Assembly: GCA_002029975.1 (NCBI GenBank)
Contig: LQBE01000019.1
Coordinates: forward strand, 444-64,443
Direction: 5' to 3'
From: a delta proteobacterium ML8_F1
GTDB taxonomy: Bacteria; Bacillota; Clostridia; Peptostreptococcales; Acidaminobacteraceae
DNA: 64,000 nucleotides
In this document: piece by piece, positions 29,903 through 38,165 of the stretch
How positions within the stretch are numbered: position 1 is the first letter of the stretch
How the letters are laid out: each line of letters begins with the position of its first letter
Position numbers and translations under genes: made by a program
The notes under the pieces: model-generated
Told to the model about the DNA's origin: nothing
The model's database searches: none
What the model saw: the letters and a program-made list of their open reading frames with translations, nothing else

Positions 29903-29930
29903 AAGAGTGGGCCGGCCCCACTCTTATTTA
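29903..29930 (+). terminator. Terminator or attenuator hairpin between polC and rimP
   Basis: AAGAGTGGG-CCGGC-CCCACTCTT (9-bp stem), followed by an interrupted T-tract ATTTAAT. It lies downstream of the putative -10 and 26 nt upstream of the rimP start. Confidence 0.6.
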
Positions 29931-29955
29931 ATGTCAACAAGGAAGGTGTTAGAAA

Positions 29956-30426
29956 TTGGCAAAAAAAACGGTATCAAAACTGGTGGAGGATATTCTCACT
30001 CCCTATCTGAAGGACAAGCCCTATGAACTCGTGGATGTGGTCTTTGTCAAGGAGGGTCCCCATCGCTTTCTCAGGGTGACCATAGACCGGGAAGAGGGGA
30101 TTTCCCTGGAAGACTGCCAGGTTGTCAGCGAGTATTTGTCCAAGGAGCTTGACAGTCGCGATCCCATTGAGGAAAACTATTTCCTCGAGGTGGAGTCTCC
30201 GGGTATCGAGCGTCCCCTGAAAAAAGAAAGTGATTTCAGGAAATTCATGGGGAAAAAGATTGAAGTCAAGCTTTACCAGACCATCAACGGCCAGAAAGTG
30301 ATCCAGGGCACCCTTGACGATTACAAGGACGAAGAAATTATCATCAGGGGGGATATAAGCAACAGTCTGATTACGATTCCCCACAAAAAAGCGGCCTCAG
30401 TCAAACTGATGGTTGACTTTTCGTAA
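29956..30426 (+). CDS. rimP: Ribosome maturation factor RimP
   Basis: TTG start with AAGGAAGGTG upstream. The pattern is YELVDV.F.KEG....LRV.ID...GISLEDC, and the gene sits upstream of nusA. Confidence 0.92.
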   Translation: MAKKTVSKLVEDILTPYLKDKPYELVDVVFVKEGPHRFLRVTIDREEGISLEDCQVVSEYLSKELDSRDPIEENYFLEVESPGIERPLKKESDFRKFMGKKIEVKLYQTINGQKVIQGTLDDYKDEEIIIRGDISNSLITIPHKKAASVKLMVDFS

Positions 30427-30436
30427 GGAGGAAGCC

Positions 30437-31573
30437 ATGAAGAATGAACTTTTGGAAGCCATCTATCAGATTGAAAGAGACAAGGGCATCAAGGCTGAAA
30501 CGCTTTTGGAATCTGTCGAGGCGGCTTTGATTACCGCCTACAAGAAGAATTTTGGCAACCGCCAGAATGTGAAGGTGGAAATTGATTCAAGCACCGGTGA
30601 TTTCAGAGTCTATGAAGTGTATACCGTGGTCAGTGAAGCGGCTTCCGAGGAAGAAATCACTCATGAAGACGCCAGAGACATCGACCCGAATTACATCCTG
30701 GGAGATGTGGTCGAGAAGGAGGTCACCCCCAGGAATTTTGGAAGAATCGCCGCCCTGGCGGCGAAGCAGGTTGTGGTGCAGCGGATCAGAGAGGCTGAAA
30801 GAAATGTCATCTTTGATGAATTCATCAACCGGGAATCGGAGATTGTCACGGGAATCATTCAAAGAATATCCAAGGGCGTCATCTATATTGACCTGGGAAA
30901 AACCGAAGCGCTGCTGCTGCCGAGCGAACAGATTCCCACAGAAACCTACAAGCCCGGGGACCGGATCAAGACCTATATCACTGAGGTGAAAAAGACCTCC
31001 AAGAATCCGCAGATACTGGTCTCTAGAACCCATACGGGTCTGATCAAGAGACTCTTTGAACTCGAAGTGCCGGAAATCCACGACGGCATTGTGGAAATCA
31101 AGAGTATTTCCAGGGAGGCGGGTTCCCGGACCAAGATTGCCGTCTATGCCCAGGATGAAAACATCGATCCAGTGGGGGCCTGTGTCGGACAAAAGGGATC
31201 CAGGGTTCAAAGTATTGTCAGCGAGCTGAGCGGGGAAAAAATAGATATTATTGAGTGGAACTCCGACCCGGCAATTTTCATCACCCACGCCCTGAGTCCA
31301 TCGAAGGTGGAGCAGGTTATCGTTGTGGAGGACCACCATGCGGCGACTGTCGTGGTACCGGATTATCAGCTTTCCCTGGCCATTGGCCGGGAAGGGCAGA
31401 ATGCCAGGCTTGCTGCAAAACTGACCAACTGGAAGATTGATATCAAAAGCACCACCCAGTACAACAATCTCACCCAGGGCGGAGCGGTCCGGCAGGAGAG
31501 TGTTGAAGAGCAAGCGCCAGAAGAGACACAGACTGCAGAATTGATTGAAGAGTCCGCAACTGAAGAAGAATAA
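30437..31573 (+). CDS. nusA: Transcription termination/antitermination factor NusA
   Basis: NTD, S1 (GIIQRISKGVIYIDLG) and KH1/KH2 (VGACVGQKGSRVQ, LAIGREGQNARLAAKLT), with an acidic tail. TAAGGAGG is upstream. Confidence 0.96.
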   Translation: MKNELLEAIYQIERDKGIKAETLLESVEAALITAYKKNFGNRQNVKVEIDSSTGDFRVYEVYTVVSEAASEEEITHEDARDIDPNYILGDVVEKEVTPRNFGRIAALAAKQVVVQRIREAERNVIFDEFINRESEIVTGIIQRISKGVIYIDLGKTEALLLPSEQIPTETYKPGDRIKTYITEVKKTSKNPQILVSRTHTGLIKRLFELEVPEIHDGIVEIKSISREAGSRTKIAVYAQDENIDPVGACVGQKGSRVQSIVSELSGEKIDIIEWNSDPAIFITHALSPSKVEQVIVVEDHHAATVVVPDYQLSLAIGREGQNARLAAKLTNWKIDIKSTTQYNNLTQGGAVRQESVEEQAPEETQTAELIEESATEEE

Positions 31574-31607
31574 GCCGTTTGAAGGACAGGCGGATGTGAG
31601 GTAAGTT

Positions 31608-31877
31608 ATGAAAACAAAAAAAATACCACTGAGAAAATGTATCGGATGCCAGACCCAGCACCCGAAACGGGAACTGATCAGGGTTGTCAAGGATAAAGAA
31701 GGGAATATTTCCGTGGATTTTTCGGGAAGAGCCAACGGTCGGGGCGCTTATATCTGCCCCAGGCTGGATTGCTTTGAAAAAGCCCATAAACGGGACGCTT
31801 TCAGTCGCGCGCTGGAGACCAAAGTCCCCGAGGAGATCTATGAGGCCTTGAAAAAGGAACTCCTCGATGGAGAATAA
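31608..31877 (+). CDS. ylxR: YlxR/RnpM family RNA-binding protein (DUF448)
   Basis: PLRKCIGCQ...RVV......D..G...GRGAY.C, in the conserved position after nusA. Confidence 0.9.
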   Translation: MKTKKIPLRKCIGCQTQHPKRELIRVVKDKEGNISVDFSGRANGRGAYICPRLDCFEKAHKRDAFSRALETKVPEEIYEALKKELLDGE

Positions 31878-32178
31878 AATCCTATCTTTGATGAGATTCG
31901 CCAGGAAATCCGGTGGGCTGTCTTATGGCTACGAAGCGGTCTCAAAAATGATGATCAAGCAAAGGGTTTACCTTGTGGTTCTGACCGAGGATATCTCCCC
32001 AAACACCCGGGAAAAGATTCAAAGACTGGCGGCACAAAAGGATATCCCCCTCATCGATAGATTCGCCACCCTTGAACTGTCCAGAGAACTGGGCCTCAAG
32101 CCTACGGCGGTCTACGCTCTGAAGAACAGGCATTTTGCGCAGAAGATTTTGGAATTTCACTCAGGAAAAAAAGAATAA
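31867..32178 (+). CDS. ylxQ: L7Ae/L30e-family protein YlxQ
   Basis: 103 aa with an L7Ae-like fold pattern ([14 protein letters not shown]...[14 protein letters not shown]), in the conserved nusA-ylxR-ylxQ-infB order. Confidence 0.85.
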   Translation: MENKILSLMRFARKSGGLSYGYEAVSKMMIKQRVYLVVLTEDISPNTREKIQRLAAQKDIPLIDRFATLELSRELGLKPTAVYALKNRHFAQKILEFHSGKKE

Positions 32179-32191
32179 CGGAGGTGATCTT

Positions 32192-34483
32192 TTGACGAAA
32201 ATTCGAATTTACGAATTGGCAAAAGAACTGAATTTATCGAGCAAGGTAATCATGGACGAACTGAAGGAGTTTGGCATTGAAGTTAAAAATCACATGAGTG
32301 CTATCAGTGACCTGGATGCCTTGAAAATAAGAAAAAAATACATCAAGAAAGAGGAAACCCCACCAGCGCCCAAGGAGACGCCGGCACCGGAGAAAAAACC
32401 CCAGAAACCGGTTTCCCGGACCGGGAGCGATTCCCAGAAGACGGCCAAGTCCCATCCGAAGCCCCCGCAAAAGACAGCGTCGAAACCCCCTCAAAAGGGC
32501 GGACAGCCGCGCCCCAAAACGCCGGCAAAGACTGCAGCCCCCAGACAGACGCCAGAGGAAATCGCCGCCGCCAAGGAAAAAATCAAACGGGGACCTAAAG
32601 CCGAGGCCCCGATTAAAAACAAGACAAAATCTTCCCGCAAGGACTATTCCAAAAAAACCAAAAAATCGAAGGCCTTTTACAAGAGCCTGCCCAAAGAAGA
32701 GGAAAAGGGACCAAAGCCGGGTGATGTGATTGTCCTGCCCCCGGAACTCACTGTGGGTGAATTTGCGGATCTTCTGAAAATGAACGTCAATGACCTCATC
32801 ATGAAAATCATGACCGACTATGAAAAAATGGTGGGAATCAACGAAAATTTGGAATCCGATGTCGCCCAGCTCATTGCCATTGACCTCGGCTTCGAGGTTG
32901 AAATGGAAAAGACCCAGGTTCAGCTGGATGAACTGGAATTTGAATTCGAGGACAAGCCAGAGGACCTGGTTTACCGGGCGCCTGTGGTGACGGTCATGGG
33001 TCACGTCGACCACGGTAAGACCTCCCTGCTGGATGCCATCCGCAATACGGATGTCACAAAAGGAGAGGCCGGCGGCATTACCCAGCATATCGGCGCTTCG
33101 GAAATCTATATCAACAACAAGAAAATCGTGTTTCTGGACACCCCCGGCCATGAGGCCTTCACCACACTGAGGGCAAGGGGGGCCCAGGTGACGGACATTG
33201 CCATTTTAGTCGTTGCCGCCGATGACGGGGTGATGCCCCAGACCCTTGAAGCCATCGACCATGCCCGGGCCGCCGGGGTGCCCATTATTGTGGCCATCAA
33301 CAAAATTGACAAGGATAATGCCAATCCCACCCGGGTCAAGCAGGAGCTCAGCGACAACGGTCTCGTAGTCGAGGAGTGGGGAGGCTCAACCATAGCCGTC
33401 GAGATTTCAGCCATCAAGGGTCAAGGTATTGACACCCTGCTGGAGATGGTGGTTCTGGTTGCGGAAATGGAAGAACTCAAGGCCAATCCAAAGCGGCCGG
33501 CCATCGGAACCATCATTGAAGCCAATCTTGACAAGGGCCGGGGTCCTGTGGCCACCGCCTTGGTGCAAAACGGCACCCTCCGGGTCGGCGATCCAATTTT
33601 TGCAGGGACCAGCTACGGCAAGGTCAGAGCCATGTTCAACGACAAGGGCAAAAATGTAAAAAGTGCCAAGCCCTCCACCTCTGTGGAGATTCTGGGAATC
33701 AACAGTGTCCCCGTGGCCGGGGAAAAATTCTATGTGACCCGGGATGAAAAGACTGCCAGGCTCCATGCGGAAGCCAATGTGAATGTGTTCAAAGAGCAGG
33801 CCATGCGTTCGAATCGCAAAAATATCAGTCTGGAAGATCTTTTTGACCAGATCAAGGACGGGGAAGTGAAGGACCTGAATATTGTCCTTAAGGCCGATGT
33901 CCACGGTTCCATAGAGGCCCTGAGGCAGTCCCTGGAGAATATCAGCAATGAGGAAGTCCGGGTCAAAATCATTCACTCCCAGATCGGCGCCATTACGGAA
34001 TCGGATATTCTTCTGGCCAGCGCTTCCAATGCCATTGTCATAGGATTCAATGTCAGACCCAGCGCCAGTGTGCAGCAGACGGCGGACCGGGAGGAAGTTG
34101 AGATACGGACCTACCGCATCATTTACGAAGCCATTAAAGAGGTCAAGGATGCCCTGAGCGGACTCCTGGATCCGGAATACCGGGAGGTGATTGAGGGCAG
34201 GGTCGAGGTACGGACCACCTTCAAGGTACCCAATGCCGGCACCATTGCCGGAGCTTATGTGCTTGACGGGAAGATTTCAAGAAAGTCCAAGGTGAGACTC
34301 ATCCGTGACGGTATCGTTATTTTTGAGGGAGGAATCTCTTCCTTGAAACGATTCAAGGACGATGCCAAGGAAGTACTGACTGGATTTGAATGTGGCGTGG
34401 GCCTTGAAAACTACAATGATTTGAAGGAAGGGGACATCATAGAACCCTACAAAATCGTAGAGATTGAGAGAACCCTCGACTGA
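32192..34483 (+). CDS. infB: Translation initiation factor IF-2
   Basis: TTG start 5 nt after GGAGGTG. N-terminal [10 protein letters not shown], a K/P-rich linker, and G domain [24 protein letters not shown]. Confidence 0.96.
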   Translation: MTKIRIYELAKELNLSSKVIMDELKEFGIEVKNHMSAISDLDALKIRKKYIKKEETPPAPKETPAPEKKPQKPVSRTGSDSQKTAKSHPKPPQKTASKPPQKGGQPRPKTPAKTAAPRQTPEEIAAAKEKIKRGPKAEAPIKNKTKSSRKDYSKKTKKSKAFYKSLPKEEEKGPKPGDVIVLPPELTVGEFADLLKMNVNDLIMKIMTDYEKMVGINENLESDVAQLIAIDLGFEVEMEKTQVQLDELEFEFEDKPEDLVYRAPVVTVMGHVDHGKTSLLDAIRNTDVTKGEAGGITQHIGASEIYINNKKIVFLDTPGHEAFTTLRARGAQVTDIAILVVAADDGVMPQTLEAIDHARAAGVPIIVAINKIDKDNANPTRVKQELSDNGLVVEEWGGSTIAVEISAIKGQGIDTLLEMVVLVAEMEELKANPKRPAIGTIIEANLDKGRGPVATALVQNGTLRVGDPIFAGTSYGKVRAMFNDKGKNVKSAKPSTSVEILGINSVPVAGEKFYVTRDEKTARLHAEANVNVFKEQAMRSNRKNISLEDLFDQIKDGEVKDLNIVLKADVHGSIEALRQSLENISNEEVRVKIIHSQIGAITESDILLASASNAIVIGFNVRPSASVQQTADREEVEIRTYRIIYEAIKEVKDALSGLLDPEYREVIEGRVEVRTTFKVPNAGTIAGAYVLDGKISRKSKVRLIRDGIVIFEGGISSLKRFKDDAKEVLTGFECGVGLENYNDLKEGDIIEPYKIVEIERTLD

Positions 34484-34498
34484 TAGGAGGAAAAACCC

Positions 34499-34891
34499 GT
34501 GAGTTTTGACCGAAACAAGAGAATCTCGGAGGAAATAAAAAAAATCGTCAGCGAGTTGATTCAAAAGGAAATCAAGGACCCCAGAATTCCTCCCTTTACC
34601 AGTGTGACGGAGGTCACCACCACAAAGGACCACCGCTACTGCAATATCTATATCAGTTTTCTCGATGACGGGGTTGATGCGGAGGAAGCCTTGAAGGGTC
34701 TCAACAACGCCAAGGGCTATATCCGAAGGGAGATCGGCGCCCAGATTAAACTCCACTATACCCCCGAACCGGTCTTCAAGGTGGATGCTTCCATGAAAAA
34801 TGCCATGCACCTGGAAAAAGTCATCAGGGAACTGGATATCAAACAGGATAGTGATGAGGCCAAGGATGAAGAGAACGATGATGAAAAATAG
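34499..34891 (+). CDS. rbfA: Ribosome-binding factor A
   Basis: GTG start with TAGGAGGA upstream. The pattern is R..R..E.I...VSE.I...IKDPR, with an acidic C-terminal tail. Confidence 0.9.
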   Translation: MSFDRNKRISEEIKKIVSELIQKEIKDPRIPPFTSVTEVTTTKDHRYCNIYISFLDDGVDAEEALKGLNNAKGYIRREIGAQIKLHYTPEPVFKVDASMKNAMHLEKVIRELDIKQDSDEAKDEENDDEK

Positions 34892-35840
34892 CATTGTCGA
34901 AGCCATCGTGCAGCATCATGATTTTCTGATCATGCCCCACATGCATCCCGACGGGGATGCTGTGGGGTCTTCCTTGGCCCTGGCCCTGGCCCTGGAGGCT
35001 CTGGGCAAAAACGTGAGGGTTTTTTCCCTGGATCCCATTCCCTACGACATTGCATTTCTTAAGACCCAGAATTTCTGGGTCAGCACCCTTGAAGCCGACG
35101 TGGCCCTGGATTATGTCATTGCCCTGGATGCCAGTGATGAGGGCCGTCTTATGGACCGCCTGGACCGGCTCAAGGCCCCTCTGATCAATATCGACCACCA
35201 CAAGACCAATACCGGCTACGGTGCTCTGAACTGGGTGGACGAGACTGCCAGTGCCACGGGTGAAATCATTTTCGAACTGATCAAGGCCCTTGATGTCCCC
35301 CTGAGCGCCGCCATGGCCACGGCCCTCTATGTCGCTATCTCGACGGATACGGGAAGCTTTATGTACGCCAACACCACCAAGAGGACCCATCTGATTGCCG
35401 GAGAACTACTCGGCCTGGGGATTGACCTCGAGGGAATCAACCGCCATCTGTACCAGAACATACCCATGAACAAATTCCGGCTCAACGCCTACGTTCTGGA
35501 AAAGGCCGAGTTTCACGCCCTGGGGGGACTGGGGCTGGCGGTGGTGCAGGCCGAGGACATGAAACGGTTCAACTGCACCAATACAGACAATATCGTCGAG
35601 GCCCTCAGGAACATCGATTCCGTGGAGGTTGCGGTGCTGGTGGTTGAAAGGGACGGGCTTGTGAAGGTTTCCATGCGTTCAAAGGGAGCGGTCGATGTCA
35701 GTGAAATCGCCCTGAAATACAAGGGTGGGGGACATGTGAATGCCGCAGGGTTCAGCAGCGAACTGGGCATCGAAGAGACTAAAGACAGGATTATAAAGGA
35801 GTTCAGTGCCATTGGATTCAGGACTGATCATCATCAATAA
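34881..35840 (+). CDS. nrnA: DHH/DHHA1 phosphoesterase (NrnA-like nanoRNase / pAp phosphatase)
   Basis: HMHPDGDAVGS, NIDHH, DTGSF and the GGGH motif (KYKGGGHVNAAG). The start is chosen by N-terminal alignment with NrnA; ATG 34866 and 34878 are alternatives. Confidence 0.88.
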   Translation: MKNSIVEAIVQHHDFLIMPHMHPDGDAVGSSLALALALEALGKNVRVFSLDPIPYDIAFLKTQNFWVSTLEADVALDYVIALDASDEGRLMDRLDRLKAPLINIDHHKTNTGYGALNWVDETASATGEIIFELIKALDVPLSAAMATALYVAISTDTGSFMYANTTKRTHLIAGELLGLGIDLEGINRHLYQNIPMNKFRLNAYVLEKAEFHALGGLGLAVVQAEDMKRFNCTNTDNIVEALRNIDSVEVAVLVVERDGLVKVSMRSKGAVDVSEIALKYKGGGHVNAAGFSSELGIEETKDRIIKEFSAIGFRTDHHQ

Positions 35841-36702
35841 GGCAGCGGGCATGACCTCCCACGATGTGGTCAATGCCATCAGAAAAATCATGAAAACCAA
35901 AAAAGTGGGCCACAGCGGCACCCTCGACCCTATGGCCACCGGGGTCCTCAATGTCTTTGTGGGGCAGGCCACCAAAACAATCCGTTTTCATCAAGAGCCC
36001 TTCAAACGCTACCGGGGCCGCATGAGACTCGGGTACGAGAGTGACACCCTTGATGCCTGGGGAAAGGTTGTTGCCGTTAAGGGACACCGGGAGGTCTCCT
36101 GGGATGCAATCCAGGGAGTCATTCCGCAGTTTACCGGGGAGATTTCTCAGATTCCCCCCATGTTTTCCGCTCTCCGCCACCAGGGGAAGCGGCTTTATGA
36201 GCTTGCCCGGCAGGGCGTTGAAGTGGACAGGCCGCCCAGGAAAATCCAGATCAGGGAGTTGACAATCAAGCCGGTGGAAAAGGATCTCTTTGAACTGGAA
36301 ATCCAGTGTTCAAAGGGCACTTACATCCGGACCCTCATGGACGATATTGCCATAGCCCTCAACACCAGGGGGATTATGACCTCCCTGACCCGCCTGGAAA
36401 GCGACGGATATACCCTGGAGGAGGCGGCTTCCCTGGAGGCGGTCGCAAAAAAGATGGCAAAGGGGGACACCTCATTTCTCATTCCCATGGCAGCGCTTTT
36501 TCCGGAGCGGCCGGTGGTGGCTCTGACGCCGGAGGATTTTCTGGATTTAAAGCATGGCAAAACCCCGTCACTGGAACCCTTTGACGGGTTGACCCGCCTG
36601 CTTTACAGGGGACGGCTCGTGGCAATCGGAGACCGCAGGGCGTCGGGCAATGTCATCTGCCAGCGTTTTTTGAGGGAGGCTGAAAATGGAAGTCCTATTT
36701 GA
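35806..36702 (+). CDS. truB: tRNA pseudouridine55 synthase TruB
   Basis: NKAAGMTSHDVV, HSGTLDPMATGVL, IPPMFSALRHQGKRLYELAR. The start is uncertain (GTG 35806 or TTG 35812). Confidence 0.94.
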   Translation: MPLDSGLIIINKAAGMTSHDVVNAIRKIMKTKKVGHSGTLDPMATGVLNVFVGQATKTIRFHQEPFKRYRGRMRLGYESDTLDAWGKVVAVKGHREVSWDAIQGVIPQFTGEISQIPPMFSALRHQGKRLYELARQGVEVDRPPRKIQIRELTIKPVEKDLFELEIQCSKGTYIRTLMDDIAIALNTRGIMTSLTRLESDGYTLEEAASLEAVAKKMAKGDTSFLIPMAALFPERPVVALTPEDFLDLKHGKTPSLEPFDGLTRLLYRGRLVAIGDRRASGNVICQRFLREAENGSPI

Positions 36703-37621
36703 CAAGGATGAAATCAGACACATCACAGGCAGGGTGGGGGTCACCATCGGCACCTTTGACGGCCTGCACATCGGTCATCAGACCGTGATCAGGAATCTTG
36801 TCGGCAAGTGTCAGGATGAAAAAATCCAATCCGTGGTGTATACCTTCGCCAATATTCCCCGGGAGGTCACTGAGGGCAGACCCGTGAAAAAAATCATCAC
36901 CCTGGATGAAAAGGTGCGCCTCATCAGCCAGTTGAAGGTGGATTACCTGATACTGATTGAGTTCACTGAGGAGCACATGGGACTCAGTGCCAAAAAATTC
37001 ATTGAGGGGATTCTGCTGGAGCCCCTGGACGTCAGACACCTTGTGATCGGCCATGACTTCCGCTTCGGAAAAAAAGCCTCAGGGGACCAGACCCTCCTGA
37101 AGAAGCTTCAGAAGAAATTCGACTATGAACTGGATGTGGTCCCCCCGGTGGTCATAGACAAAAAAAGAATCAGCTCCACTCTGATCAGGGGACTGCTCAC
37201 CGAGGGAAAAATCATTGAGGCCAACCGCTATCTGGGACGCAACCACTACTTCAGAAGCATTGTGACCCCCGGCAAAAGAATTGGTACCGGGCTGGGGTTT
37301 CCCACTGCCAATCTGATCATCGATATCAGCATGCATACCCTGAAGCCGGGTGTCTATCTGACCCAGGTGCTGGCAAAAAGCAAACGCTACAATGCCATTA
37401 CCAACATCGGCTTCAATCCCACCTTTGAATCCAGTGAGCTCAGCTTTGAAACCTACATCATAGATTTTGAAGGGAATCTCTACGGCAAGGAGATTGTCGT
37501 GGAATTCCTTGACCGCCTGAGGGATGAAGTGAAGTTCGAATCAAAGGCGGCGCTGAGCAGGCGACTCAAGGAGGATCTGCATGTGGCGAAGCAGTTTTTT
37601 GCCAGTCTTGACACAAACTGA
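36686..37621 (+). CDS. ribF: Bifunctional riboflavin kinase / FAD synthetase
   Basis: GTFDGLHIGHQ, ISST.IR, GFPTANL, and the C-terminal kinase domain E.Y..DF.G.LYG. Confidence 0.94.
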   Translation: MEVLFDKDEIRHITGRVGVTIGTFDGLHIGHQTVIRNLVGKCQDEKIQSVVYTFANIPREVTEGRPVKKIITLDEKVRLISQLKVDYLILIEFTEEHMGLSAKKFIEGILLEPLDVRHLVIGHDFRFGKKASGDQTLLKKLQKKFDYELDVVPPVVIDKKRISSTLIRGLLTEGKIIEANRYLGRNHYFRSIVTPGKRIGTGLGFPTANLIIDISMHTLKPGVYLTQVLAKSKRYNAITNIGFNPTFESSELSFETYIIDFEGNLYGKEIVVEFLDRLRDEVKFESKAALSRRLKEDLHVAKQFFASLDTN

Positions 37622-37661
37622 AGCCTTTGACAGCGAACTGGTTTACTTCACCGATTAAATA

Positions 37662-37670
37662 TGGTAGAAT
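37662..37670 (+). promoter_or_regulatory. Extended -10 promoter element upstream of rpsO
   Basis: TGgTAGAAT, flanked by a 7-bp inverted repeat CGATTAA...TTAATCG (37651-37676). Confidence 0.45.
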
Positions 37671-37755
37671 TAATCGTTAAGAACTTAGAACTATGTTTAT
37701 CGAAACTCCAACGATTTACTTGGTCCTGAGGGATAAAAAAAATGGAGGTAGTTGA

Positions 37756-38022
37756 ATGATTACAAAAGAGACCAAAACTCAGATTATCAATGAGCACAAG
37801 GCCCATGACAAGGACACCGGTTCCAGCGAGGTGCAGATTGCCCTGCTGACCAATCGCATCAATTCTCTCAATGAGCATCTCAAGATTCACAAAAAAGACC
37901 ATCATTCCCGACGGGGTCTTTTGAAAATGGTTGGCCAGAGAAGAAGACTGCTCAACTATGTCAAGAACAACGACGTTGAACATTACCGGGAAATCATACA
38001 GAAGCTTAACTTGAGGAAGTAA
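37756..38022 (+). CDS. rpsO: 30S ribosomal protein S15
   Basis: [49 protein letters not shown]. Confidence 0.97.
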   Translation: MITKETKTQIINEHKAHDKDTGSSEVQIALLTNRINSLNEHLKIHKKDHHSRRGLLKMVGQRRRLLNYVKNNDVEHYREIIQKLNLRK

Positions 38023-38024
38023 CT

Positions 38025-38054
38025 AAATAGCGGGGTTACCCCCGCTATTTGTTT
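38025..38054 (+). terminator. Intrinsic terminator after rpsO
   Basis: AAATAGCGGGG-TTAC-CCCCGCTATTT (11-bp stem), followed by GTTT. Confidence 0.75.
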
Positions 38055-38062
38055 ACCATCTG

Positions 38063-38145
38063 GGATTTTAGAGTTTATTTGATTTGTCCTACTTTTAGTG
38101 GACAAGGCCGATTGTCTAGTAAAAGTAGGATAAATTCTAAAATCC
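38063..38145 (+). promoter_or_regulatory. Structured pnp 5' leader (long irregular hairpin enclosed by an outer helix)
   Basis: The inner hairpin at 38087-38130 has 11 bp (TCCTACTTTTA/TAAAAGTAGGA), one mismatch, then 7 more pairs (incl. GACAA/TTGTC) and a 6-nt loop. The outer 9-bp helix pairs GGATTTTAG (38063-38071) with CTAAAATCC (38137-38145). The SD AAGAGGAGGA follows. Confidence 0.6.
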
Positions 38146-38165
38146 TCAAAAAGAGGAGGAGAAAT

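Noticed and set aside
32330-32700. A repetitive K/P/Q-rich stretch (PPQK repeats) that might be a DNA repeat or a mobile insertion.
   Set aside because: It is the normal low-complexity linker of the IF-2 N-terminal region. It is in frame and flanked by conserved IF-2 domains.
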